From assembly GCA_040388535.1 (NCBI GenBank), contig JAZKBR010000007.1:4862-68861 (forward strand): a DNA stretch of 64,000 nt, given 5' to 3'. This document shows positions 52,018-61,384 of the stretch, piece after piece. Each line of letters begins with the position of its first letter. Position 1 is the first letter of the stretch. The translations under genes and the position numbers were made by a program. Origin of the DNA: Gemmatimonadota bacterium (lineage in GTDB: Bacteria; Gemmatimonadota; Gemmatimonadetes; Gemmatimonadales; GWC2-71-9). Below the pieces are notes generated by a model. It was not told the origin of the DNA and searched no databases. It saw nothing but the letters and a program-made list of their open reading frames with translations.

Positions 52018-53751
52018 TTACCGCCGCAGCGGCACCAGACTCATCAGGCTCTCTACCAACGCCTGCGTCGCGGGCCCCTGCTCCGTGTTCGAGAGCAGGT
52101 AGACCTCGTCGCCCGCCCCATTCGCGGTGCGGGTGAAGATGAAGCCGCGGTCGGAGCCCCCGACCACCGAGCCGAGGCGATTGACCGGGTGGTGATCCGC
52201 GAAGAGTGCACCGCGCGCCATGCCGTCGTAGTAGCGGCGCAGGTCATCAAGGGTCGAGAACATCCCGCCACTCCCCATCACCAGCCAGGAGACCGGGCCC
52301 CACTTGGGCGGGATATTCGGGGTGCCCTGGCTCCTGGTGCCGTAGCCTGGCGCAAATTCGTGGTCGGCAAGGCCGAGCGATTCGCCGTAGAACCCCGTCC
52401 GGGTCATACCCAGCGGCTTCAGGATCTCGGAGCGCACGAATTCGGGATAGCTCTTGCCACTCACCGACTCGATGATGGCCGCGAGCAGCGCGAACGACGA
52501 GTGCGATGGTTGCCGCTGCGCTCCCGGCGCGAACAGCAGGGGCTGCGTGAGAATGCGGCGCAGTGCAGTCGCGCGATCGATGTAGGTCAGGTCGGGATCG
52601 GCATCGCCCTCACGATGATGGAAGTTCGGCAGCCCGGAGCGGCCCTCGAGAATCATCCGGATGGTCATCGGTGCCTTGTCGGCGGGGACATCCGGCAAGT
52701 ACTTCGCGATCGACTCGTCGAGGCCGAGGCGGCCACGTTCGATCAGCAGGCTGGCGGCAGTCATCGTGAAATCGATCGGGGTCGAGCCGATGCAGTAGAT
52801 CAGGTTTGGAGTCGTTCGTGCCCCGGACGTGCGATCGGCGATGCCGAAGGTCGTCCGGGTGGCATCCTGTCCGGCCCTGTGGGCATAGATCTGCCCCGCC
52901 ACACCAGCGGCCTCCGCTTCACGCAGCCGCGCGGCCAACCCGTCCCAGGTCAGCGGTGGAGCAGCGGGCGGACGGTCGGCGGCACCCATGGCACGGAGAT
53001 GAAGCGTCGCGATGCCGAATGGCGTCGCGTTTTCCATGGTGAAGTCCACCATCACGCCCGGTGAGCCTGGACCTTCGAGCTGGATATGGACGCCCGACGC
53101 ATCCTCATTGGCGCGGACGTTGCCCGCGGCGGCCGCGGCCTCGCGCACCTGACCCAGAAGCGCTCGCCGCTCTGCGGGGGTGGTCGACTTGAGGTAGGCC
53201 GCACTGAAGTGCTGCCGGTCGAAGAGCGTCATCGCCGAGTCGAGGGAGATGCTGCCAACTCCGAAAAGCGCGCGGACGTGGAAGGGCCGCGCATCGGCGC
53301 GAGTCGCCGGGGGGTAGCTGATCTGTTTCGGAGGCGCCGGCTGCTCGGTCGGCCCTGCTTTCACCGGTTGTGCGAGCTCGAGCCGGGTGACCTTACCGCC
53401 GTCGCCGAGCGCGAGGCGGACCTTCACCCCTTGTTCACCGCCGAGCATGAGGATGAGCACATCATCGTCGCCGCGCTCCACGCCGACGCCGTCGAGATGG
53501 CCGCGGGCTGCGTCGCGCAGCGAGCGGAGATGTCGGGTGAGCGCGTCGCCCGCGAAGCTGGTCCGGTACGATGGCGCGAGATGATCGGCGGCGAACGTGG
53601 CGAGCGACGCATCGTCCGAAGCGCGGAGCATCGCGAGGACGCCGTCGATCGCGGCGCGGACCTCGGGCGGTGGACCGTCTTGCGCCGCTGCCGGGGCCGT
53701 GGCAAGGATGGTGCAGAGACCGGCGAGAAGTGTGAGTCTGCGTTTGAACAT
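52018..53751 (-). CDS. secreted beta-lactamase-fold (serine hydrolase family) protein with N-terminal extra domain; catalytic motifs degenerate
   Basis: ATG at 53751 follows GGTGAGG, then a signal peptide MFKRRLTLLAGLCTILATAPAAAQ. The C-terminal half looks like the class-C/esterase fold. However, the SxxK position reads GSTPI and the YxN position reads HSS. Confidence 0.65.
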   Translation of the reverse strand: MFKRRLTLLAGLCTILATAPAAAQDGPPPEVRAAIDGVLAMLRASDDASLATFAADHLAPSYRTSFAGDALTRHLRSLRDAARGHLDGVGVERGDDDVLILMLGGEQGVKVRLALGDGGKVTRLELAQPVKAGPTEQPAPPKQISYPPATRADARPFHVRALFGVGSISLDSAMTLFDRQHFSAAYLKSTTPAERRALLGQVREAAAAAGNVRANEDASGVHIQLEGPGSPGVMVDFTMENATPFGIATLHLRAMGAADRPPAAPPLTWDGLAARLREAEAAGVAGQIYAHRAGQDATRTTFGIADRTSGARTTPNLIYCIGSTPIDFTMTAASLLIERGRLGLDESIAKYLPDVPADKAPMTIRMILEGRSGLPNFHHREGDADPDLTYIDRATALRRILTQPLLFAPGAQRQPSHSSFALLAAIIESVSGKSYPEFVRSEILKPLGMTRTGFYGESLGLADHEFAPGYGTRSQGTPNIPPKWGPVSWLVMGSGGMFSTLDDLRRYYDGMARGALFADHHPVNRLGSVVGGSDRGFIFTRTANGAGDEVYLLSNTEQGPATQALVESLMSLVPLRR

Positions 53752-53859
53752 TGTTGCTGCCTCACCGCGTGCGGGACGTTGCCAAGAGCGAACGTCACGC
53801 AAGCTAGGGCGCGCGAGTTAAGACGGTGTGAAGATGCGGTGGGTGTACCGGACCCGCAG

Positions 53860-54432
53860 TTACGGCTGGTAGGCTCGCGCCCGCTTTACGCCTGCTTTCG
53901 CCTGAACAACTGCAAAGCTGTCAACGCGAATGCGCAGTGAGAGGTCAGCAATGTTCGCGGTCAAGGCCAGGTAGTCACGCGGAAAGCCGAATTGTGGGTC
54001 GAGCTGAAGCCGATCCACGATGCGACCAGGATCAACAAGGTCTCGTTCGACAAACGCGAAGAGGGAATCGATCGTCGTGAGCTGGGGAATTCCATCCGCC
54101 GGCCGGCCGGTGGCCCGACCAACAATCTTGCCGTTCCTGACAACTACCAGTAGGAGCGGTGTCGTCGAGTCCGGTTCCTCGAAGCAGAAGCATTCCTGGT
54201 GTGCCTGGATCTGGTACTCGATCACACCGGCAGCAGCCCAGCGCCGCCGCCCGGCGGCGAGCGAGTCCAGATAGCGCTGGCGCACGCGGAGCACGGCAGG
54301 CGTTCGGGCCTCAGCGGCGACGGTGGAATCCCGGACGTGCTCAGGCAGGAGGGTACTGACCTGCGCGTGGAGGGGTCCGCCCACAAGCAAGCCGGCGAAG
54401 GCGAGCGTGAGCTTGGTGACCACGCGGCTCAC
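53860..54432 (-). CDS. secreted hypothetical protein (DUF6174-like, unverified)
   Basis: 190 aa with a signal peptide and the motif YQIQAHQECFCFEEPDS. Confidence 0.55.
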   Translation of the reverse strand: MSRVVTKLTLAFAGLLVGGPLHAQVSTLLPEHVRDSTVAAEARTPAVLRVRQRYLDSLAAGRRRWAAAGVIEYQIQAHQECFCFEEPDSTTPLLLVVVRNGKIVGRATGRPADGIPQLTTIDSLFAFVERDLVDPGRIVDRLQLDPQFGFPRDYLALTANIADLSLRIRVDSFAVVQAKAGVKRARAYQP

Positions 54433-55139
54433 GGTTTCGACTCCGGTCGCATGAGCGTCCGATCGATGGCATCCATCACGACACCGATCCGTTCGCGCGC
54501 CTTGCGTGTCGACGATACCCAGTAGCGACGTGCGACAGTGAGGATGCTGGTGACTCCAGCGATGAAACCGCCAATCCCAAGCGCCGGAGCCACAGGGTAC
54601 AGCGCGAAGGTCGCAATGATCACTGTGAAGAAGATCAGGATTCCGGAGATCAGCGCGACCATGCCGAGGGTGCCGCGGCGGTCGAGGACGACGGACACGC
54701 CGACATCACTCTCGTCGGGGCGTGCGGTGACGCTGAGTGGTTGGGTGTCGCCACCGTCGTGCCAGGTCATGCCTACTGCACTGGAGTGCCCGACATCCTG
54801 CCGGCCAGCGAGACTCGAGCCGACACGAACGGCTGACAGCAGCCGAGCCGCTGTCGTGTCGTCGAGCATGACGGGGAAACGGGTCTGGCGTTCGTGCCGC
54901 ATCGGTCCACCGATCAGCCGTTCGAACGGAGAGAGCGCGACCGTGGTGGCGAGCATCCGTGCCGCGCGCTCGACGAGCGCGGGGTCGAAGCCGACCTGCG
55001 CAGCCGCGGCCTTCATTTCGGTGAGCGTCAGCCCGGTAGATGATGGGAGCGCTGGCTCCGCCTGCCGCCCCAGTTCCGCCGCCTTCCGCAGCACGAGCGC
55101 GAACTCTTCGTCGCTGTAGATCCGTGGACCATCGGACAT
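54429..55139 (-). CDS. hypothetical membrane protein
   Basis: ATG at 55139 shares 1 nt with the upstream stop (TGATG). Two C-terminal TM segments. Confidence 0.55.
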   Translation of the reverse strand: MSDGPRIYSDEEFALVLRKAAELGRQAEPALPSSTGLTLTEMKAAAAQVGFDPALVERAARMLATTVALSPFERLIGGPMRHERQTRFPVMLDDTTAARLLSAVRVGSSLAGRQDVGHSSAVGMTWHDGGDTQPLSVTARPDESDVGVSVVLDRRGTLGMVALISGILIFFTVIIATFALYPVAPALGIGGFIAGVTSILTVARRYWVSSTRKARERIGVVMDAIDRTLMRPESKP

Positions 55140-55792
55140 CAGGAACCCCGGCGCCGCAGGACGACGTGCGTGGCCTTCTCCGACGGTACCAGTTCCACGC
55201 ATTCGTATCCCAGAGCGCGCGAATCGACGCCTTCGAAGAGCCGTTCTCCTGTGCCAAGTAGCACCGGCGCAATCGCGAAGTGCATCTCATCGATGAGGCC
55301 GGTTCGAAGATATTGCCGAATGGTGTTCGCGCCGCCGCCGATGCGCACATCCTTGTTCCCGGCCGCCTCGCGTGCCCGCTCGAGCGCCTCGTGAATGCCG
55401 CCGGTGATGAAATGGAAGGTGGTGCCGCCTGCCATCTCGATGGATGCGCGAGGGTGATGCGTCAGGATGAAGGTCGGCACGTGATACGGTGGGTCGTCGC
55501 CCCACCACCCTTTCCAGTTCAGGTCCGCCCAGGGCCCGCGATCGGGGGAAAACATGTTCCGCCCGAGGATCCAGGAGCCGATGTTCTCGAAGCCACGCGC
55601 GGCGAAGTCGTCGTCGACGCCGGTGGTACCGTCGTCCTTGCCGAAGAGCATCCGCTGGAAGGTGCGGGTTGGAAAGACCCACTGGTGGAGATCTGTCCCG
55701 CCGAGCCCAAGCGGATTGTTGAGGCTCTGCTGAGGGCCGGCTCCATAGCCGTCGAGCGAGATGGAGAAGCTTGCGACGCGGACTCGTGACAT
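55139..55792 (-). CDS. dihydrofolate-reductase-like (RibD C-terminal domain) family protein
   Basis: 217 aa (VASFSISLDGYGAGP ... VRIGGGANTIRQYLRTGLIDEMHFAIAPVLLGTGERLF). Confidence 0.8.
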   Translation of the reverse strand: MSRVRVASFSISLDGYGAGPQQSLNNPLGLGGTDLHQWVFPTRTFQRMLFGKDDGTTGVDDDFAARGFENIGSWILGRNMFSPDRGPWADLNWKGWWGDDPPYHVPTFILTHHPRASIEMAGGTTFHFITGGIHEALERAREAAGNKDVRIGGGANTIRQYLRTGLIDEMHFAIAPVLLGTGERLFEGVDSRALGYECVELVPSEKATHVVLRRRGS

Positions 55793-55834
55793 GTGATTCC
55801 ACTCCGTGCGGCCACCAGATGGGCGACTTCGAGG

Positions 55835-56536
55835 TTAGCTGTCCTCCGACAGGGCGAAATCTACTGCGGCCGCCGCGTGTATCTGAGTAGTGTCGAAGAC
55901 TGGTACGGTGGTATCGGCGGCTGAAAGCAGCAATGGCAGCTCGGTGCAGCCCAACACGATCCCCTCCGCGCCCTCGGCGATGAGTTCATCGATGATCGTC
56001 AGGTAGGCGGCTTTCGTTTTCGGCAGGCAGACGCCTGTGCCCAGCTCGTCGCGGATGGTCCGCTGGATGAAGTCCCGGGTCTCCTGGCGGCCAGGCACCA
56101 TTGCCTCGATCCCGGCATGGCGCAGTCGTTCACGGTAGAACGGCAGTTCCATCGTGAACTTTGTGCCAAGCAAGCCCACTCGGGTCAGCCCACGGGCGGT
56201 GATCGCTGAAGCTGTCGCGGAGACAATATGGATCAGCGGCACCGACAGCTCCTGCTCGAGCCGATCGGAGACGGCGTGCGCGGTATTGGCACAGAGGACG
56301 ATCCCCTCGGCCCCGGCCCCGGTCAGGGTGGCGCAGGCATCAGCCAGGAGCCGATAGGTGGCGTCCCAATTGCCAGCCGTATTGTTCCGCGTGAAGTCGT
56401 CGAAGTTCAGCGACTCGATGACGCACTGGGCGAAGGTGAGGCCGCCGCAGCGCGCATTGATGCCTTGATTGATCAGGCGGTAGTAGTCGATCGTGGAGAC
56501 CCAGCTGATTCCGCCTACCAGGCCGAGCTTCTTCAT
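55835..56536 (-). CDS. aspartate/glutamate racemase family protein
   Basis: ATG at 56536. MKKLGLVGGISWVSTIDYYRLIN, with the two catalytic-Cys regions LCANTAH and LGCTELPLL. Confidence 0.85.
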   Translation of the reverse strand: MKKLGLVGGISWVSTIDYYRLINQGINARCGGLTFAQCVIESLNFDDFTRNNTAGNWDATYRLLADACATLTGAGAEGIVLCANTAHAVSDRLEQELSVPLIHIVSATASAITARGLTRVGLLGTKFTMELPFYRERLRHAGIEAMVPGRQETRDFIQRTIRDELGTGVCLPKTKAAYLTIIDELIAEGAEGIVLGCTELPLLLSAADTTVPVFDTTQIHAAAAVDFALSEDS

Positions 56537-56611
56537 CGCCTTCTCCGCAGGGTTTGGGTCGCTATTCAGGGACTCCCCGATCAATGCGCAAACGGCGGTT
56601 GAATGGCGACA

Positions 56612-56866
56612 TCACCCCTCCCGACGCCGAGCCCGCAACTTCGAGAGTGTTGTCTTCAGGTAGCTACGGTATCCTGCCGGGCTCATCCATCCCTCCGGCG
56701 TCTGGACGCGGCGTAACTGACTCGGCGACAATACCAGGAACTGGTTGCTCGCGCTGGTGGTGCGGCGGACACGGACGCGCCATTGCAGAGCAACGCGCTC
56801 ACGCACCCGGCCTATTCGGCCGTCCGGCACCCGCACGCAGTCGCCAACGGTGAATCTCGCAGCCAT
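56612..56866 (-). CDS. small hypothetical protein
   Basis: 84-aa basic protein with high GC3. No family recognised. Confidence 0.45.
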   Translation of the reverse strand: MAARFTVGDCVRVPDGRIGRVRERVALQWRVRVRRTTSASNQFLVLSPSQLRRVQTPEGWMSPAGYRSYLKTTLSKLRARRREG

Positions 56867-56897
56867 CAGCTATCCCCGGTGATGCGCTCGCGCTGAC

Positions 56898-57461
56898 TCA
56901 GGTTTGATCCTTGCCGGACCGCACCACCCGAACGGTCACAGAAAGCTGCCCGACATGGCGCATCGCGTGCTCTGCCCCATGCACGAGGCAGCCAATGACC
57001 GTGGAGGGGAGCTGGGCCCGCCCTACCCCGCGGAAGTCGCCGAGTGTGGTGACATCGATGCCGCGAAGCTCAGCAACGGCCGCGTCGACTCGCGCAGACA
57101 GTACACCCAGCGCTGTCGCGACGTCGGCAGTGAGAAGCTCCTGACCCTCCAACGGAATCGACGCCAATTGCTCTGCCGAGAGTGCGTTGCCGCGGGCGTA
57201 GGTGAAGAGGCGATCGATGACGCCGGCCATATGGCGCACGTGAAATGCGGCGGAGGCCACGCCAGCGGGGCGGGCGTTCCATTCCTCCTCCGTCAACGGC
57301 TCCACGATCTCGCCGACACTCTCGCGCACTTGCAGCAGGATGTGCGCAACTGGCTGCAGGACGGCAGGGACCCCTTCGACCGGGCCACGCTGCCACCACT
57401 CGGTATTTGCCATGTCTCCTGGACTCCCCTGTGCTGGCCAGCCGACCATGTCATGTGCCAC
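56898..57461 (-). CDS. DinB-superfamily protein
   Basis: Has the His triad spacing typical of DinB_2 (HILLQ ... HVRHMAGV ... HGAEHAMRH). The start is uncertain (GTG 57461 or ATG 57413). Confidence 0.7.
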   Translation of the reverse strand: MAHDMVGWPAQGSPGDMANTEWWQRGPVEGVPAVLQPVAHILLQVRESVGEIVEPLTEEEWNARPAGVASAAFHVRHMAGVIDRLFTYARGNALSAEQLASIPLEGQELLTADVATALGVLSARVDAAVAELRGIDVTTLGDFRGVGRAQLPSTVIGCLVHGAEHAMRHVGQLSVTVRVVRSGKDQT

Positions 57462-57596
57462 AGCGCGCTAACGACAGAAACCTACCTCGCAGCCGGCCTG
57501 GCAAAGGTTCCTGCGCCATGTGTTCACACGGCGCCTCGACCGCGTCCCCGCGAGTGGATGCCGGATGACAATGCGCCTCAACCAGGATAGCGAATC

Positions 57597-57902
57597 ATGA
57601 GCAAGGACCAGAGCGGCTACAAGCACAGCGCCAGCGACAAGGCGCTCGATGCCGCAGCCGAATCAGACAAGGCCCCCACCGAGGCCAAGTCGCATAACCA
57701 CCCCGGGCACGACCCCGAAGAAATTGCCAAGCACGACGACAAGGGTAAGGACCGGATGTTCGAGGGCCGCGAGCAGCACGATGATGCCGACATGAAGAGC
57801 GAGAAGAATCGACTGACCAAGGATCTGGCGCGCCACGATCATCCGGTCGAGGGCGAGGATGCAGTCACCGAGTCGAACATGCACGTGAAGCACAAGGAGT
57901 GA
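57597..57902 (+). CDS. highly charged, low-complexity hydrophilic protein (hydrophilin/stress-protein-like)
   Basis: 101 aa rich in Lys, Asp, Glu and His with no hydrophobic core. GC3 is strongly biased as in the real genes here. Confidence 0.6.
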   Translation: MSKDQSGYKHSASDKALDAAAESDKAPTEAKSHNHPGHDPEEIAKHDDKGKDRMFEGREQHDDADMKSEKNRLTKDLARHDHPVEGEDAVTESNMHVKHKE

Positions 57903-57918
57903 GTCAGCTGGGAAGCGT

Positions 57919-58257
57919 CTAGGTCCCGATTATCTCGTTGAGCCCTTCGACGACGGTTGCGAGTTCTTCTGGTGATACCTTCGCAAGCCGTTTGCCGATA
58001 CGTTCCACCGAGAGAGTGCGAATCTGACTGATCTTGACCCAGGATTGCTTCGGCAGCGTGGAGGAAGCGAGTTCAAGGGTCAGCGGGAAACCCGCTCGCT
58101 GCGGCTGGCTGGTCAGCGCTAGGGCGATGACCGTGCCCGACCGTTCGTTGAAGACATCCTGGCTGAGAATCAGGACCGGACGCAAGCCGGCTTGCTCCCG
58201 ACCGCGACCTGGGTCGAGGTCGGCCCATCGAATCTCGCCTCTCAGTATGCGGGCCAT
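57919..58257 (-). CDS. mazF: MazF/PemK-family endoribonuclease toxin
   Basis: 112 aa (RGEIRWADLDPGRGREQAGLRPVLILSQDVFN ... TLSVERI). Confidence 0.88.
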   Translation of the reverse strand: MARILRGEIRWADLDPGRGREQAGLRPVLILSQDVFNERSGTVIALALTSQPQRAGFPLTLELASSTLPKQSWVKISQIRTLSVERIGKRLAKVSPEELATVVEGLNEIIGT

Positions 58258-58484
58258 GCGCCCACATCCGCGCCGAGGCCTTCTTCAGCGAGTGCCTGCT
58301 CGGACGCCGGATCGAGCTTTGCACATTCGGCCGCGAGTCGATGCTGTTCCAGGCGATCGAGTTTCTCCAGGACTGCGGCTTCGATCGCCTGGCTGCGGTT
58401 CGGGTAGAACCCTCCCTGCACCATGCGGTCGAGCCGAGTCAGCACCGGCTCGTCGAGTGTGACGGCAATCTTCGCTTTGGCCAT
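58242..58484 (-). CDS. ribbon-helix-helix (CopG/MazE-like) antitoxin
   Basis: ATG at 58484 follows GGGAGGAGG. MAKAKIAVTLDEPVLTRLDRMVQGGFYPNRSQAIEAAVLEKL. Overlaps mazF by 16 nt. Confidence 0.8.
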   Translation of the reverse strand: MAKAKIAVTLDEPVLTRLDRMVQGGFYPNRSQAIEAAVLEKLDRLEQHRLAAECAKLDPASEQALAEEGLGADVGAWPAY

Positions 58485-58639
58485 GGCCTCCTCCCTGGTA
58501 TGATGATATGTCATACCAGCGGACGACCGCAAGCCGGTGCAACAAACCCGGTATTTCTCAACGAATGGGCCATGGTTCGAAAGATGGCTTGGGACGCGCG
58601 TATCGCTTGGTACTTCGAAACGGCACGTGAACACTTCCG

Positions 58640-60601
58640 CTACAACGCCGACCTCAATCGTTCGCCTAGCTTGGCCAAGTCTGTCCCCACCTCCAGGAGC
58701 AGGCGCGCACCGTCGCCGACCTCCTGGCTTATCACGGCGTACCAGAGATGCAACGGGCCGACCCCCGGGCGGCGGCGGGAATCTGCTTCGCGCGTCGCCA
58801 CGTTGAACGCCACCTCGGCCTCTGCGTCTCTGTGCAGTTCCTCACCGAGAAGCGGGTCGAGGTCGGGCAGTAGCCTGCTACCCATCCGGGTGCGCAAGAG
58901 CGGCATATCCGCGTCAGTGCCAAACAGGAACTGGAGGAATATTCCCTCCTGTACCCTGAGCACGCCGATGAGGATGTTCTCGACGATAATCGACCCCTGC
59001 CCCTGGCGTGCGGCGTCATCGGCAGCGAGTTGCAGCACACGGGTCGCCATCTCGTTCATCGGAGGTGGCGATGGCCGGGTCGCGTCGAGCGCCGCCTGAA
59101 TTTCTTCGAGCGGACCCGCACTACAGATCGCGAGCAGCTGTCGGACCGACTCCTGCCTCGGATCGTGCAGGTTCTTGACAAGCGACCTGGCAGCCGCGCG
59201 CGCGGAGCCGTGATTCGGCCATTCCCGGTCGAGGTCGGCGCCGCGGCTGACGAGATACTCGGCGAGCGACACTGTCAGGTTCTCCACGGCATCGAGAATC
59301 AACGGCCATCCAAATGGTGAATAGTCCACACAGAATCCTGCTGCGAGCAGGGCATCCATCGACGCCCACCGCTGATTCCATCCGGCGATCTGGAACGCCT
59401 CGTACATGATCTCGAGATCATCGGCGTCATGCAGCGGCGGCGGGTAGCCCGTCGGGCTGGCCAGTGCCATCAGGTCCGGTCGATTGAGGCGCCCTTCGGC
59501 AGTCAGCCGCCCCCGCCCCGCCGTGAAACGACGGATACCCGCGACATCACCGAGGCCCGCTGCGATCCAGAGTCCCGACCGAGGAGTCACCCGGGCAGCG
59601 ATCAGGTCGACGGCGGCGGGATTTCGGTAGCGAACGATGGCGTATTCGAGGATCGGGATACCGCTGGGGGGCAGCCAATCCGGGTCGGCGCCGCGATCGA
59701 GGTACCAGCGCACGGTCTCCGCCGGCATCGGGCGAGCCGGAAACCCGCCGTCGTGAGGCCAGCCGAGGAGGAGCTCATTGAGGTCATGCTGGAGGTCGAG
59801 GCCGCGGGCAGCAAGCAGTTCGGTGACGTGCCGGGCGTCGGGGGTTGTCGCGTCGCGCTCAGCCCGAAGCGCCTTCGGTCCGAGGGTATTGCGCCATTCA
59901 CGGTCGGCGATCGATGGGGTGAGCACTTCTGGGTGCGCATCGAGCAGGGCCGTCAGCCCAGCGATGTCATGATGCTTCACCGCGTGCGCAGCGCGCGCCA
60001 ATGGAGTGTTCGCAAGGTCCCATACGTGGTCACCGCCACCCGGTCGTGGGTCCTGCCCGCGAAGGATGAGTTCATCCCAGCTGGCCCGCCGGCGTTGGCG
60101 CGCCACTACCAGCCGAGCCTCGTCGTCGGTGATGGGTGTCGCGAGAATCTCTCCGATCGGCCGCGCAAAGAAGCGTGGAACGAAATGCGCGAACTGCCGC
60201 GCCACCAGCGGATTGCCACCCTGATGCCCGCGCACCACCTGCTGGGCAAAGGATTCCAATCGGTCGACCCCGTAGTTGTCGACGTTATAGCGCGGGGCGT
60301 TCCGATGCCTTTCCAGCTCCTCGAAATACTCCACCATTCGGGGCCAGCTCGTGAAGCCGTACTCTCTCGCAATCACATGCTGTGCGTCGGCAAGCTTCAG
60401 CTGACCTGGGCCGTGGTCGCGCAGGGAGGCGGGATGCGTCGTCCCCACGCGAGTGAGCGCCGCGGCGTCGCCAGCGTGTAGCTGCTTGAGGAACGCCTTG
60501 GCGTTCTTCCGTTCGTACTCGAGACTGGGATTGTTCGGGAGGGGGCGCGAGCTGACCGGGATGGGGTCGCGCGAGCCGGGGGTGCGGCGGGTGCCGGACA
60601 T
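58640..60601 (-). CDS. ankyrin-repeat protein with C-terminal Clp-N (Clp R) repeat domain
   Basis: 653 aa. The middle part has ankyrin-like repeats (ELLAARGLDLQHD, YLDRGADPDW, YLVSRGADLDREW). The C-terminus has two Clp_N-type repeats (MATRVLQLAADDAARQGQGSIIVENILIGVL ... HLWYAVISQEVGDGARLLLEVGTDL). AAGGAG lies upstream. Confidence 0.7.
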   Translation of the reverse strand: MSGTRRTPGSRDPIPVSSRPLPNNPSLEYERKNAKAFLKQLHAGDAAALTRVGTTHPASLRDHGPGQLKLADAQHVIAREYGFTSWPRMVEYFEELERHRNAPRYNVDNYGVDRLESFAQQVVRGHQGGNPLVARQFAHFVPRFFARPIGEILATPITDDEARLVVARQRRRASWDELILRGQDPRPGGGDHVWDLANTPLARAAHAVKHHDIAGLTALLDAHPEVLTPSIADREWRNTLGPKALRAERDATTPDARHVTELLAARGLDLQHDLNELLLGWPHDGGFPARPMPAETVRWYLDRGADPDWLPPSGIPILEYAIVRYRNPAAVDLIAARVTPRSGLWIAAGLGDVAGIRRFTAGRGRLTAEGRLNRPDLMALASPTGYPPPLHDADDLEIMYEAFQIAGWNQRWASMDALLAAGFCVDYSPFGWPLILDAVENLTVSLAEYLVSRGADLDREWPNHGSARAAARSLVKNLHDPRQESVRQLLAICSAGPLEEIQAALDATRPSPPPMNEMATRVLQLAADDAARQGQGSIIVENILIGVLRVQEGIFLQFLFGTDADMPLLRTRMGSRLLPDLDPLLGEELHRDAEAEVAFNVATREADSRRRPGVGPLHLWYAVISQEVGDGARLLLEVGTDLAKLGERLRSAL

Positions 60602-60783
60602 GGGATCTCCTTTCGTGGTGACCCGTGTCCGCCAGGTGGGTCCGAAAAGAGAGAGTTGTCGGGGCCCTGCGTTGCTGGGACTACATCGGAGGGGACCATC
60701 CCTTCCCGCGGACCGGGGGCGCTCCGACGGGCGCCTGGATCCAAGCTAGCACGGAAATTCGGAGGGCGAAAGCGTGGTGGCGC

Positions 60784-61380
60784 CTACCACTTCCGCAGCA
60801 CCCACGTCGTCATCGCTCTCATATTCTGCACCACTGTCGTCTTGATCGGGTCGACGAGCTCGGCGCCGAGCTCCTGCGTCACCTGCATCAACATCGCCTC
60901 GTCGACCAGATATCGCTCGCTGCCGTCGGCCACCGCGTACCAGCGATCGTGCAGACGTCGGACGAGCCCTTCAGCGCCAATGGTGGATGCGAGCCGACAG
61001 AAGAAGAGCCCTCCCGGCTTGAGTGCCCGCCAGCAGCCGTGCAGCATCGCCTGGAAATGTTCGTCGTCTCGCGCGAAGTGCAGGACGGTGTTGATGATGA
61101 CCACGTCGGCGAAGCGATCCGGGAACGAATGTGCTTCGACGGCCTCGACCCGGAAATTGTCAGCCGGCAGGTGCGGCGCGAGCCGGCGGACGGCGTCGAT
61201 CGCCTGGCGGTCGGGATCGACGCCGAATACCTGGTACCCTTCGCGGAGCAGGTACACGATGTTCCGGCCGGTGCCACAGCCGGCGTCGAAGATCGTCATC
61301 CCCTGCGAGACATTGCCACGCAGGAGCTGATCGAAGAGGTAGATGTCGATCGCGCCAAACTGCTCCTTGAGCGTGGGCAC
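60784..61380 (-). CDS. class I SAM-dependent methyltransferase
   Basis: GTG at 61380 lies 4 nt after the upstream stop. Motif I is IFDAGCGTGRN. The track ORF extends 70 codons into the upstream gene. Confidence 0.8.
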   Translation of the reverse strand: MPTLKEQFGAIDIYLFDQLLRGNVSQGMTIFDAGCGTGRNIVYLLREGYQVFGVDPDRQAIDAVRRLAPHLPADNFRVEAVEAHSFPDRFADVVIINTVLHFARDDEHFQAMLHGCWRALKPGGLFFCRLASTIGAEGLVRRLHDRWYAVADGSERYLVDEAMLMQVTQELGAELVDPIKTTVVQNMRAMTTWVLRKW

Positions 61381-61384
61381 CCGC

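Noticed and set aside
57565-57599. Leaderless promoter for the hydrophilic protein gene (ATGACA-17-TAGCGA-3-ATG)
   Set aside because: The gap between the -10-like hexamer and the ATG is only 3 nt and both hexamers are weak. This does not fit the geometry seen at the other five loci.
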